From the NCBI GenBank assembly GCA_963806185.1, contig CAWDXE010000006.1:160001-224000 (forward strand): 64,000 bases of DNA. The letters are read 5' to 3'. The stretch is from an uncultured candidate division Zixibacteria bacterium. Its GTDB lineage: Bacteria; Zixibacteria; MSB-5A5; GN15; FEB-12. This document shows positions 1 through 10,040 of the stretch, one piece after another (within the stretch, counting starts at the first letter, position 1; the number at the start of each line of letters is the position of its first letter). The notes beneath the pieces were generated by a model. That model was given only the letters and a program-made list of their open reading frames with translations. It was not told where the DNA came from and did no database searches. A program made the translations under genes and the position numbers.

Positions 1-7
1 CGGAGGC

Positions 8-465
8 CTTCGACTTCACTCCGGGCGGCGTATTACGGATTACGCACATTTCAATGGTAGGTCAGGGGCCTTGTGCCCCGGACAGCAAGGCTGGCGTACG
101 CGAGTGCGTGCACAGGGAGTAGGGGGAAGCATTGAATCTTGAACCCACCGTTCCGGTGGGGTACGAGCGACGCTATAGCGAACACCGATGGATTTGAGGT
201 TGCTTCGTCCCCTTCGACTCCGCTCAGGGTCCTCGCAATGAGTCAGTCGAGTTTTCGATTCATCGGTCGCGCTTCGACTTCGCTCAGTGCGACGTATTAT
301 CGAGATGCTGAAGCACGATAAGAAGCGGCTTTAGCATGACAGGCTTCAGCATGACGATTCTATGGGCCCCCGCTTTCGCGGGGGTGACATTGGAGAAGGC
401 GGGGGTGACATTAGTCTACTGTCGGGTTTCTCCGCGAGCAAAGCTCGCTCCGGAACCCGACCTAC
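8..465. repeat. Mosaic of REP-like short palindromes
   Basis: Hairpins CCCACCG-TTC-CGGTGGG-GTAC (144-164), CCCCCGCTTTCGCGGGGGTGAC (~367-388) and a GTAG-type element (421-465), plus CTTCGACT(T/C)CGCTCAG copies at ~212 and ~272. Confidence 0.7.
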
Positions 466-1032
466 GGTAAGGGGGCCAGGGGGAAGGTGCGCACCGAGAC
501 CCAGTGGTCACCGGCGTCAGGCGCGACCAGATCGATCGACGCCGGCATAGAAGTGTTCGTCGGGTAAATACGGCAGGATTCGCTCTTTCACCATCACCAC
601 GCGATGATCGGAAATCTCCTTCGCGACCGTCACGTGCGGCACGAATTGCTTGTGCGGCAGAGGCAGATCGAGACGGGCGTGCAGACTCTTGTACAGCGTG
701 TTAATGACCGGGCTGACTTTCACACACCAGTAGATAATCGGATATTCGGGATAGAAATCACCGATCGATGACAGTTCGACGCGAAACGCGGAGCGTTCGG
801 CCGTTTCCGCATAAATCGTCCGGGCGACATCGTCGATGGTCTGTTGCGTCTTGAAGGGGAAGACAAGCGAGATGTGGGAGTCGACCAGTTGATGGTCGGG
901 GTCGAATTTCTCGCGGTGGGGCTGCACGATCCCGTCGAGCTGTGGCGGCAGAAAAATCACCACGGCGAATTCGTTGGTCTCGCCGCGGCGGTGCAGCTTG
1001 TCGCGGCGATAATTATATTCCAAATGAGTCAT
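462..1032 (-). CDS. 2H phosphoesterase / 2'-5' RNA ligase family protein (frameshift near 544)
   Basis: Two HxS/T motifs (HISL, HVTV). The shifted frame gives a natural C-terminus SIDLVAPDAGDHWVSVRTFPLAPLP* ending at 462. Confidence 0.75.
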
Positions 1033-1040
1033 CGGAATCT

Positions 1041-2486
1041 CTACCTGTAGAAGACCAGTTCAATGCGGCGGTTTTTGGCCCGACCGGCGGCGGTGTCGTT
1101 CGAGGCGATCTGGTTTATCTCGCCGCGCCCGAAAGCTTTCATCCGGTCGCTCGCCACGCCCTGGGTCACCAGATAATCGCGAACCCGCATCGCGCGCTTC
1201 TCAGACAGTTTCTGGTTGGCGACGTCGGTCCCGATGTTATCGGTGTACCCGTTGATTTCCAGTTTAATATCGGTCACGACCGCCAGCAGTCCAGCCAGTT
1301 TCTTCAGTCGTTCCCGCGAATTGGGGTCAATTTCGAAAGAACCGGGCGGATAGTCAATATACAGAATCAGTGGTTTGGCGAAGATGGCCATGTCGATACA
1401 GCCGTGCCGATCGACAGCAACACCCGGGAGCGTATACGGACAGTCATCCAGACCGTCAGGAACCCCGTCCTTGTCGCTGTCTATCGGGCAGCCGCTCGAG
1501 TCGACCACGGCACCTACCGGGCTGAACGGGCAGGCGTCGAGATAGTCGGGAATGCCGTCAAAATCGGAGTCGATCGGGCAGCCGTACATGTCGATGGACC
1601 CGGCCGCCTTGGCAGGTGTGCCGGGGCAGTCGTCGAGGCCGTCGTAAACGCCGTCGCGATCAGAATCAACCGGGCAGCCGGTTTTGTCGACTACGGCGCC
1701 GAGCGGGGTCGAGAGGCACCGGTCGGTAGCGTCCGGGACGCCATCCTCGTCGCTATCACCCAGAAGCGTTCTGACGGGCCGTCGGACGTTAGGCGGCGGC
1801 GCAGACCAGGCGGAGTCGGACGTCCAGCGGGCCGGTTTTGCGCGTCGGCTGCCGAAATGGACCTGGATTCCGGCGGTGGCGCTGTAGAGGGCACGGCCGC
1901 GCAGGCTATTGTAATCGCCTCGGAACGGGGCACCGGCCCCCGTTTGGTAGTCGGCGCGGAATTCGCCGTGGATGGAGAAGCGCGGGTTGGGGGTCGCACT
2001 AAGGCCGAGCGCGACACTGGTGATCACCTCTGACGCTTTGTATTTGCGGGGACTGTCAGTGTTGTTAAAGGCGTCGAGGACAGTGTCAGCGATGCCGTCA
2101 TTGATCTTCCAGGCCATCAGTCCACCGCCCAGGCCGATTTCAAGATTAAACGTCTTATCGGGAGGAAAGAAATTGCGGCGAAACAAGAGCGAAAAGCGGG
2201 TGGCCCGGTAGTCGCCACTGAAGGAGGAGTCGCTCGATGGGAAGAGGGGATCATCGGCCGCCAGCCTGAGCTTGTCGTTGCTGAATGAGGCAATATCGCC
2301 GGTGAGTTGCCACTTGTCGGAGAGTCTGTAGCCGACGATGCCGCCGAAGAGCTGGCCATTATCGGCGCCCTGGAAATCTGAGAAGGCAATACCTCCGGAG
2401 CCGTAGAAACCGCCGACCGACCAGCGGTAGGATTCGGCGGAGGCGGTGGTTGTTGTGAATAGCAGCAAAGCTAGAAATAGGCGCAT
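1041..2486 (-). CDS. OmpA-family outer membrane protein with thrombospondin type-3 repeats
   Basis: Signal peptide, beta-barrel-like N-terminus, DSDxDGVPDxxDxCP repeats and an OmpA C-terminal domain (GYTDNIG...NQKLSEKRA...NRRIE). Confidence 0.9.
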   Translation of the reverse strand: MRLFLALLLFTTTTASAESYRWSVGGFYGSGGIAFSDFQGADNGQLFGGIVGYRLSDKWQLTGDIASFSNDKLRLAADDPLFPSSDSSFSGDYRATRFSLLFRRNFFPPDKTFNLEIGLGGGLMAWKINDGIADTVLDAFNNTDSPRKYKASEVITSVALGLSATPNPRFSIHGEFRADYQTGAGAPFRGDYNSLRGRALYSATAGIQVHFGSRRAKPARWTSDSAWSAPPPNVRRPVRTLLGDSDEDGVPDATDRCLSTPLGAVVDKTGCPVDSDRDGVYDGLDDCPGTPAKAAGSIDMYGCPIDSDFDGIPDYLDACPFSPVGAVVDSSGCPIDSDKDGVPDGLDDCPYTLPGVAVDRHGCIDMAIFAKPLILYIDYPPGSFEIDPNSRERLKKLAGLLAVVTDIKLEINGYTDNIGTDVANQKLSEKRAMRVRDYLVTQGVASDRMKAFGRGEINQIASNDTAAGRAKNRRIELVFYR

Positions 2487-2538
2487 GGGGACAATGTCGA
2501 AGACGGAAGCGGCGATGGCAATTTAAAACACCGGCGGC

Positions 2539-3828
2539 TCAGTAAAGCTTTTTGAGACTAATTCCGGTGTAGTAGGCGGAAAGAATCTGATCGAAGAGTT
2601 CCCCGCGCCGGGCTTTGCCGATCGCACCGCACTGGCACATGCCGACGCCGTGGCCGTAGCCGCGACCGTTGAATACGATATTCCGGGTGTACCCTTCGGA
2701 GTCACGCTCGATGGCGACATCGAAACCGGCCGAGGGGAGAATAAGATCGGGATTGGAGGCGCGGCCGATAACCCAGCGGACCCGGTCCTTGGTGAAGCGG
2801 TAGTTGTCGTCCACCGTACGCACGACCATTTTGGAGACACGACCACCCGCCGTGCGTTCTTCAACTTTGACGTCGAGAATTGTGCTCAGACGGATGTCGC
2901 GCCCACGATCGGTGCTGAGGTACTGCTCGATCCGTCCGCGCAGTTGCGGCTCGGTGAAGGATTCCTTCCAGACGTAGTATTTTGACCAACTGCAGTCGGA
3001 GCTGTCCTCGCGTGATTTCAGGTAGGGTTCTTCCTTTTTGTCCCAGACCTGCTCGATGTTATCAGTGATACCACCGCAGGTGGAGTGATAGTAGGCGTTG
3101 ATGAAGGCATCGTTGTACATGGCCACCGTACCGGCGGTGAGGTCGATGGCATTATTGACGAGCACTACCTCGGCATCGGCGCCTTCGTAGACCTGGTCGG
3201 CGACCGATGAGCGCATGTCATACGGTTCGCCTTCATATTGCTGGAGGTGGGCCATAGAATAGGTGCGCGCGGCGACGGCCTGGGCCTTGATAGCTTCGAT
3301 TTCGTTCTCCTCGCGAGGGCCGATTTCCGGCGGCACGACACCGCGCAGGTAATCTTCCATGTAGAGCACATTGACGAGGCGGACGTTGTGGCCCTGGGGC
3401 AGGATTTTCATGATACCGCGATACCGCTTGTTGTTAACCATGAGGCGATTGTTGGAGCCGCGCGGGATGATGTTCACCTCGTCGAGTCCCTCGCTAACCA
3501 CCTCGCCGCCGCGATCCAAAACCGAAATTTTGCGCACGCCCATCCGGGCGGAAATCGGCTGGCTGGAATAGAAGACTTCTTGTTCGCCGCCGCGGAGGCA
3601 TTCGACGGCAAAGGCCTGATCGGCTGACACGGAGACCGATTCGGCGTTGTCGTTTAGCAGGACGCGAACGAACGGAACGCGGATGACGTTGGTCACCTGT
3701 TCTTCGTGAATCCCCGGAATTCCGGCACAACTGAGGGTGAGTGAAAGGACGACAACGGCAAAGATAACGCGGATCGTCAGGCGAAACGACGGTGAAAATG
3801 CAAAACGGCGGTCGGTAGTATCGGTCAC
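2539..3828 (-). CDS. SpoIID/LytB domain lytic transglycosylase, possible lipoprotein
   Basis: Motifs EDYLRGVVPPE, EAIKAQAVAARTY, DQVYEG, YYHSTCGG and GYGHGVGMCQCGA. Confidence 0.9.
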   Translation of the reverse strand: MTDTTDRRFAFSPSFRLTIRVIFAVVVLSLTLSCAGIPGIHEEQVTNVIRVPFVRVLLNDNAESVSVSADQAFAVECLRGGEQEVFYSSQPISARMGVRKISVLDRGGEVVSEGLDEVNIIPRGSNNRLMVNNKRYRGIMKILPQGHNVRLVNVLYMEDYLRGVVPPEIGPREENEIEAIKAQAVAARTYSMAHLQQYEGEPYDMRSSVADQVYEGADAEVVLVNNAIDLTAGTVAMYNDAFINAYYHSTCGGITDNIEQVWDKKEEPYLKSREDSSDCSWSKYYVWKESFTEPQLRGRIEQYLSTDRGRDIRLSTILDVKVEERTAGGRVSKMVVRTVDDNYRFTKDRVRWVIGRASNPDLILPSAGFDVAIERDSEGYTRNIVFNGRGYGHGVGMCQCGAIGKARRGELFDQILSAYYTGISLKKLY

Positions 3829-5030
3829 GACTTGGTCCTTTTCGGTGGCTGGACGATGTGGCCAAGAACCGGCTGGGGCAGTTGCGGCCGGCTGGAATCG
3901 AAGCGGGTGCGCAAAGGTTCGCCGCGCAGGCCGGCCTCGCCCATAACGGCGTAGGCTGACGACTCGACCAGTTGCGGATCGAAGCCGAGTTCGGCGATGG
4001 AGGCGACATCGTTTGGATACAGCATATCAGTCAGGCGGCGGACGAAGTATTCATTGCGGGCGCCGCCACCCATTAAGTATACCGTGTGGAGACGGTCGTC
4101 ATCAGCAAAAAACGGGGCGACTCTTTCGACAATGGTGCCGACGGTCAGTTCGGCGGCGGTAGCGAGCATATCGAACTTTGACAGCTTGAGTTTTCGGCCG
4201 GCGGAGTAGATCTGCTGCATGGTTCTCACGCCGAAGTCCTCGCGGCCGGTGGACCGTCGATTACTGCGGAAGAACGGATTGGCGGCGAGCATGGTCATCA
4301 GGCGAGTGGAAATCACGCCGCGGCCGGCGAAAGCGCCGTTCTTGTCATAAGGAAGATTGAACAGAAATTGCGTAAGCAGGTCCGACAGGACATTGCCCGG
4401 GCCGCAATCGGCGGCACGAACGGCAAGTTTCGCATGGCCGGTCGGAAAGTAGAAGTAGTTTGCCATGCCGCCAATATTGACGATCAGGCGCGACTCTTCT
4501 GGATCGGCGAACAAACGCGCCATGGCGCCGACCGTAATAGGAGCGCCCTCACCGCCGAGGGCAATATCGCCCTGTCGGAAGTTGCCGACAGTCATGCAGC
4601 CGGTCAGGGCTGCGATCTGGTCGAGCGAACCGAGCTGAAGTGTGCCATTGAGCGGATGGCCGAGAATCTTGAGTTTCGCCGGAAGATGACGGACAGTCTG
4701 GCCGTGAGTGGCGATCAGGTCGACGGTAATGCGCCGGCGCTTGAGTTTCGCAATGAATCGCGAGCCGGCCTGGCCGATGACCCGACCGATCAGGTTGTCG
4801 AAGCGGATGACAGCATCGAGATCGACCTTGTCGGCGTCGGCAAGAAAATGGATGGATCGCCGCAATTGAGGAGTGAATGGCGCCGAGATGCTGTCGAGAA
4901 TGCGATAGCTGGTTTTCCCTTGCGTGTGGCTGATGCGCAAGGCGACCAGATCGAGGCCGTCGGCAGAGGTACCGGAATTGATGCCAACGACGGTAAGGCT
5001 TTGGCGATGTATAAGCTCGGTCAGTGACAT
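3825..5030 (-). CDS. anmK: Anhydro-N-acetylmuramic acid kinase
   Basis: Motifs GINSGTSADGLD, HGQTVRH, GGEGAP, NIGGMAN, DCGPGN and STGREDF; adjacent to nagZ. Confidence 0.92.
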   Translation of the reverse strand: MSLTELIHRQSLTVVGINSGTSADGLDLVALRISHTQGKTSYRILDSISAPFTPQLRRSIHFLADADKVDLDAVIRFDNLIGRVIGQAGSRFIAKLKRRRITVDLIATHGQTVRHLPAKLKILGHPLNGTLQLGSLDQIAALTGCMTVGNFRQGDIALGGEGAPITVGAMARLFADPEESRLIVNIGGMANYFYFPTGHAKLAVRAADCGPGNVLSDLLTQFLFNLPYDKNGAFAGRGVISTRLMTMLAANPFFRSNRRSTGREDFGVRTMQQIYSAGRKLKLSKFDMLATAAELTVGTIVERVAPFFADDDRLHTVYLMGGGARNEYFVRRLTDMLYPNDVASIAELGFDPQLVESSAYAVMGEAGLRGEPLRTRFDSSRPQLPQPVLGHIVQPPKRTKS

Positions 5031-5035
5031 ATTGC

Positions 5036-6049
5036 CTACTGAATGGCCACGCGGCGGAGTCTGCATTTTAGTCCGGCAATCCGTTCCAGCGAAGCGGTGA
5101 GTCGGGCAGGCGGGATATTTCCGCGCCGCACCGCATCGACAAAGTAATCAAACGCCTCCATGGCCAGTTCGTAATCTCGCCCGAACAGGAGAATATCGTG
5201 TCCGGCGAGGAAAGCCGCAACAGCGCGTTCGCCGATTGAACCGAGCGTTTCAGCGCCGGCCATAGAGAGATCGTCGGTGATAACCAGACCGTCAAAATCC
5301 AGCCCTTTGCGCAGCAATGAATCCATCACGGTTTGAGAACCGGTGACGATTGCCGAGTCCAGTTCGGGGAGAACGACGTGAGTAGTCATGATCATATCGG
5401 CGCCGGCCTCGATGCCCGCGACAAACGGAATCGATTCTCTCTGGCGCCAGACGAATTCGTCATACTTGATCGTGGGAGTCATAGTGTGAGGATCGAGATC
5501 GCCTGCGCCGAGTCCGGGGAAATGTTTCAGGCAGGAAAGCAGGCCGGACCGACGCGAGACCTCGACCGAGGTGCGCACGAATTTGGCGACGTGTTCGGGG
5601 TCGCTGCCGAAGCTTCGTCCCTCGAGGACGGCATTCTTCGGGTTCGTGAAGATGTCCGCGACCGGGGCGAGATTGAGGTTAAAGCCAAGGGCCTCAAGAT
5701 AGACGGCGGAGCGGGAGTAATCTTCGCTGAAATGATCGGTGGTTTTTTCGCGGCCGTAATCGGCAGCCGAGCGGAATTCGGCCGGAGCCCCGCGCAGACG
5801 ACAGACCCGGCCACCCTCCTGATCAATGGCAATAAAGGGAATAGTGTCGTGCTGGGCACTCCTGATCTGATCGACGTTCTGTCGGGCCGCAAGGTGAGTA
5901 GGGCAGTTTTCTTCAAAGAAGATTACGCCGCCCAGGCGTTCCTCCCTCACGAAGTTCCGGAAAGCAGAAGAGGGTGCGGAGCCGGGGAATCCGCACATGA
6001 ACAATTGTCCGAGTTCTTGCATCAGGTCAGCCATATCAGTAAACCCCAC
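5036..6049 (-). CDS. nagZ: Beta-N-acetylhexosaminidase (GH3)
   Basis: Motifs IDQEGGRVCRL, NLAPVAD, RSFGSDP, KHFPGLG...DPH and ITDDLSM. Confidence 0.9.
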   Translation of the reverse strand: MGFTDMADLMQELGQLFMCGFPGSAPSSAFRNFVREERLGGVIFFEENCPTHLAARQNVDQIRSAQHDTIPFIAIDQEGGRVCRLRGAPAEFRSAADYGREKTTDHFSEDYSRSAVYLEALGFNLNLAPVADIFTNPKNAVLEGRSFGSDPEHVAKFVRTSVEVSRRSGLLSCLKHFPGLGAGDLDPHTMTPTIKYDEFVWRQRESIPFVAGIEAGADMIMTTHVVLPELDSAIVTGSQTVMDSLLRKGLDFDGLVITDDLSMAGAETLGSIGERAVAAFLAGHDILLFGRDYELAMEAFDYFVDAVRRGNIPPARLTASLERIAGLKCRLRRVAIQ

Positions 6050-6065
6050 ACACTACGTCCTGCTA

Positions 6066-7625
6066 TCAGGCGATGCAGACGAGATTTTTTCCAGAACCTT
6101 TGGCTCGATACAACGCTTGATCGGCCACAGAGACGAGTTCCTCGTGCGACCGGCCGTTTTCGGGGAACGATGAGACACCGACTGAGACGGTGATCTTCAC
6201 TTTTCCGGCCGAACCCGCATCAATGATGGTACTCTCCACCTGTGATCGGATACGCTCCCCGATATGGTGTGCTTCACTCTGGGGCGTCTGAGGGAGAATG
6301 ACGACGAATTCCTCGCCGCCATAACGGGCGAAGATATCGACATCGCGAATACAACTCTTGATAACGCGAGAAAGTTCCTTTAGTACAACGTTGCCGACCT
6401 CGTGCCCGTACGAATCATTAAGCTTCTTGAACCAGTCGATGTCAACCATAATGAGCGACAGGGGGAGGTCGTAACGGGTGGCACGCTTCTTTTCTTCCTG
6501 CAGTTTCTGAACGAAGTAGCGATAATTGAAGGTTTCGGTCAGTTCGTCGATGATGGTCAGTTCGGCCGTGCGGCGATGCAGTTCGGCGTTTTCGATCGCC
6601 AGGGCGGCCGAGCGGGCCACCACCGTCAGCATCTGGACGTCGCGATCGGTGAAGCGATCCCGTTCAGGCGCTTCGGCGAGCAGGAGTCCCTGGGTCTGGC
6701 CGTGAGCGGTCATCGGGACGACGATAAGCGAACGCGACTGGGACATCATGGGCAGGTAATCATCGCGGTCACCGATTTCCTTGATGCGGATCGGCTCGTG
6801 CATGTCGGCCACCTTGCGCAGCAGGTCATTCTTGGTGATATCAAGCGCTTTGGCGTGGAAGTTGGCATGGCCGTCGATCTGCCTCGCCCGGTAATAGAAG
6901 GTATCCGGGCGATTGCGAAACACCAGCGCAAATTGCTGGTATTGCAGAGTGCGGCCGAGGATGCGTGCTATCTCTTTGACCACGCCGTCGGGTTCGAGAA
7001 TGGCCGCCAGGATGCGGGTGTTCTCGTAGATCATCTCGAGTTGGGCCTGTGATTTTTCCAGTTCCGACGTGCGCATATTGAGCGTATCGAAAAGCTTCAT
7101 CAGGCGACGTTCGGATTTGCGCAGATAATCTGAGGCGTAGGCCACGGCCAGGTAACTGATCCAGAGAAAGCCGATGCGCATGGTGACCCCGAAGAGGGCG
7201 TCAATGGTCAGATCCTGGGAGATGATTATCAGATAGGCAACCGTGACGATGACGGTCACGGCGGTGGCGAACCAGAAGGTGAGCATGTAGGCGCCGACCG
7301 AAACGGTGAGAAAGAACAGGACGAACATCGACGACTGGACGCCGCCGGTGTAGGCGATGAAGATCGGGACGAATATGATGTCGTAGATGATCGCCGAGAG
7401 ATAGGCCAGTTTCATATCGAAACGGTCGCGAATGGCCAGCGCCAGGAGGCTGAGGTTGGCGATGAAGGTGACAATAATGATGCTGCAGAGGACGGGCTCA
7501 TCGCGGAGGATACTGGAGGACAGGACGTACCAGAGAAAGCCGATGAGCGTCAATACTCGGGTAAGCAGAAAGATGACGTCAATCCGCGGCAGGAGAGTCT
7601 TGTTACGGTCGAGAAACAGTTTCAT
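6066..7625 (-). CDS. Membrane-bound GAF-GGDEF diguanylate cyclase
   Basis: N-terminal TM helices, a GAF domain, DIDWFKKLNDSYGHEVGN, an RDVD I-site and the RYGGEEF active site. Confidence 0.92.
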   Translation of the reverse strand: MKLFLDRNKTLLPRIDVIFLLTRVLTLIGFLWYVLSSSILRDEPVLCSIIIVTFIANLSLLALAIRDRFDMKLAYLSAIIYDIIFVPIFIAYTGGVQSSMFVLFFLTVSVGAYMLTFWFATAVTVIVTVAYLIIISQDLTIDALFGVTMRIGFLWISYLAVAYASDYLRKSERRLMKLFDTLNMRTSELEKSQAQLEMIYENTRILAAILEPDGVVKEIARILGRTLQYQQFALVFRNRPDTFYYRARQIDGHANFHAKALDITKNDLLRKVADMHEPIRIKEIGDRDDYLPMMSQSRSLIVVPMTAHGQTQGLLLAEAPERDRFTDRDVQMLTVVARSAALAIENAELHRRTAELTIIDELTETFNYRYFVQKLQEEKKRATRYDLPLSLIMVDIDWFKKLNDSYGHEVGNVVLKELSRVIKSCIRDVDIFARYGGEEFVVILPQTPQSEAHHIGERIRSQVESTIIDAGSAGKVKITVSVGVSSFPENGRSHEELVSVADQALYRAKGSGKNLVCIA

Positions 7626-7727
7626 ATCTGGCGCCTGATAGTCTTAAGACTGTATCGGCAGATATGGAGGTTTATTTATTGGAGGAAAAGGGGTTAGGGG
7701 GAAGATCCGCGCCGGCGTCAGAGTCGC

Positions 7728-8288
7728 TCAGAGGGCCGACGGAAATCTCCGCCGCGAGGCGAAGTATGCGGCGACAAGAAAGATGCCGCCGCCGTACAGA
7801 ATCGAGCCGAAACTGACGCGACCGAACAGATTCCACGGCGCGAACGGATGCAAAGTAGATTGAGACGGATTGGCCGGATCGTAATAGACGATCACGGCCT
7901 TTCCTTTTGGATATTCGGCGACGATTTCCCGAGCGACGTCGTATTTCGAGTTGCGTCCGCCAAAGGCTGGTGAATCCATCGCGGTAGTATCGATGAATTG
8001 CGTCCCCCCCACGCTGTAGGAATAGACTATTTCGGGATGGAAAGCGCGGTGCCCGGCGACCTGCGTTTGCAGGACTTCACCCGACACCGACGGCCAATGA
8101 CGGCGATCTTCGGAGATACCGAGCGAGCGGAAGGAGATGAGGACCAGTGCGGCACCACAAAGAGCCAGTACCAGTCCGAGCAGAGCGAAACGGCGCGTGG
8201 TCCGGAGTACCCCCTCGCGGAAGAGCAGTACCGGCAGAATTACCAGCAGACTGACAGCCACGAGGACGATGAGGGCGGAAGAGAGCAT
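7728..8288 (-). CDS. DUF3592-like membrane protein
   Basis: TM-soluble-TM layout with WPSVSGEV...YSYSVGG...YPKGKAVIVYYDPANPSQS. Start taken at Met 8288. Confidence 0.7.
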   Translation of the reverse strand: MLSSALIVLVAVSLLVILPVLLFREGVLRTTRRFALLGLVLALCGAALVLISFRSLGISEDRRHWPSVSGEVLQTQVAGHRAFHPEIVYSYSVGGTQFIDTTAMDSPAFGGRNSKYDVAREIVAEYPKGKAVIVYYDPANPSQSTLHPFAPWNLFGRVSFGSILYGGGIFLVAAYFASRRRFPSAL

Positions 8289-8334
8289 ATAAACTAGTAG
8301 AACACGGATTGGCGGGGAGGGTTCGGATTGACTT

Positions 8335-8414
8335 CCGTACCCCACCGATTTACGGTGGGATATCCACGCGTGGCAACTCCCCAGATACCCCACCGCATAG
8401 ACGGTGGGGTACGG
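8335..8414. repeat. Composite two-hairpin REP/BIME-like element, copy 1
   Basis: GTACCCCACCGATTTACGGTGGG...ATACCCCACCGCATAGACGGTGGGGTAC; near-identical to 60228-60308. Confidence 0.85.
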
Positions 8415-8430
8415 GTAGAAGAGAGCTTGT

Positions 8431-8630
8431 CATTCTGGCCCCCCATTGTCATTCTGGAGCGTAGCTCCAGAATCTCAGTGTCCACGAATCTGACGTCATT
8501 GTCATTCTGGGCGCTCAGCCCAGAATCCATGAGGCCACACACGCCACTGCGCTACGCCTTAACCTGGATTCCCGCTTTCGCGGGAATGACAAAGGGGGCG
8601 GGTATGACCGGAGGGGACGGGTATGACAAG
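8431..8630. repeat. GTCATT-type REP-like palindromes
   Basis: GTCATTCTGGAGCGTAGCTCCAGAATC, GTCATTCTGGGCGCTCAGCCCAGAATCC and CTGGATTCCCGCTTTCGCGGGAATGAC. Confidence 0.7.
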
Positions 8631-8777
8631 AGGGGTGGGCGATTCCGAGTGGTACAGAGCTCCCAAGAAGAGCAGCACTTTTAGGTTGTCTTTTTGCCCG
8701 GCGGGCGGCAACTTAGCTTGTCTGAGGCCGTAAAGATTCTGGGGGTGGGGAACCAGGATAAACCAGGTAGGTCGAAC

Positions 8778-10040
8778 GTGCGAATAGTTGCCGCTATCTT
8801 CTGCGTAATCGTACTGCTGCCGCTCGTCGCGGCGGCCTCCGAGTTCGAATCCAAGAAAGATCTCCACATTTCCAACCTTCACCAGATTGATGACGATCTG
8901 TACGTCTTTGGGGAGAAGCTGCAGATGGACGGATCGATATCGGGTGACCTGGTGGTGTTTTGTTACGACGCCCGGATGGCGGGGACAGTGGGTGGATCGG
9001 CCAATCTGTTCTGCCGATCGGTGCGACAGAGTGGTACGATATTGCACAGCCTGCGGACATTTTCCGAAGAGGCAACGATCGAGGGGAACATCAGCGGGTC
9101 GTATCTCGGTCTGGGGAGGCGGATTGATGTCGGCAAAGGAGCGGTCATCGAGCGCGACCTCACGGTGTACGCAACTGACGCGAATATCGAAGGACTGGTG
9201 AAGGGAAAGGCCAAGATCGAAGGGGTCCGAATCACGCTGGCCGGGACCATTGAAGGGGACGTGCTCGTCAGGGGAGAGAAGATTTCAATCATTCCGCCGG
9301 CGATCATTCGCGGCGCGCTCGTATACGAATCCGAAAAGCCCGAGGCCCTTGATACTACATCGGGAATCATTCTGGCCGGCGGCGTCAAGTGGCAGTTGCC
9401 AAAGACGGACGAGGAGAAAAAGGACGAGCAGCCGAACTATGTGCGGAAGATCGTCATAGAGATCTCCGGCATGCTGGCCGCCTTTCTCTTTGGCATCATC
9501 GTGGTGGCACTGTTCCGTCCGTTTGCCGCGGCCTCGGTGGACCAGTTGACGCGGCGCACGTCAGTGTCGTTTGCGGCCGGCCTTTTGACATTGGGCATAT
9601 TACTGGTTGCCATAGCAGTGCTGCTCTTTTCCATTCTGGCGGCGATTGCGGGCGTGATCATGGTGGGCGGATCGCTGGCAATCGTCGGTGCGATGATATT
9701 GATCTTCTCGACGCTGATGATTCCGATCAGCGGCTTTGTCACTTTTGTGGGCTTCGCCGCCGTGTATACGGCCAAGATTGTGGCGGCGTTTGTGGTCGGT
9801 GCGCTGGTACTTCGTCGTGCCGACAATGGTGATGATCGACTGGGCAAATTGACCTTGCTGGTCGGGCTGGTGATACTCACGGCTTGCTTTGCCATTCCCT
9901 ACGTCGGGTGGCTGGCCGGGCTGGTGGTCGCCTGCTTTGGCGCGGGTGCAATAGTGCTGGGTGTGCGATCGTGCCGCCTGCACGTGCCGGGTGCGATGAA
10001 TAACGCTTCAGCCGACGCGATGCAGCCGCCGGCGAGTTAA
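8778..10040 (+). CDS. Polymer-forming cytoskeletal (bactofilin-like) repeat membrane protein
   Basis: Signal peptide, GxIxGD beta-helix repeats and several C-terminal TM helices ending IPYVGW. GTG start follows AGGTAGG. Confidence 0.7.
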   Translation: MRIVAAIFCVIVLLPLVAAASEFESKKDLHISNLHQIDDDLYVFGEKLQMDGSISGDLVVFCYDARMAGTVGGSANLFCRSVRQSGTILHSLRTFSEEATIEGNISGSYLGLGRRIDVGKGAVIERDLTVYATDANIEGLVKGKAKIEGVRITLAGTIEGDVLVRGEKISIIPPAIIRGALVYESEKPEALDTTSGIILAGGVKWQLPKTDEEKKDEQPNYVRKIVIEISGMLAAFLFGIIVVALFRPFAAASVDQLTRRTSVSFAAGLLTLGILLVAIAVLLFSILAAIAGVIMVGGSLAIVGAMILIFSTLMIPISGFVTFVGFAAVYTAKIVAAFVVGALVLRRADNGDDRLGKLTLLVGLVILTACFAIPYVGWLAGLVVACFGAGAIVLGVRSCRLHVPGAMNNASADAMQPPAS

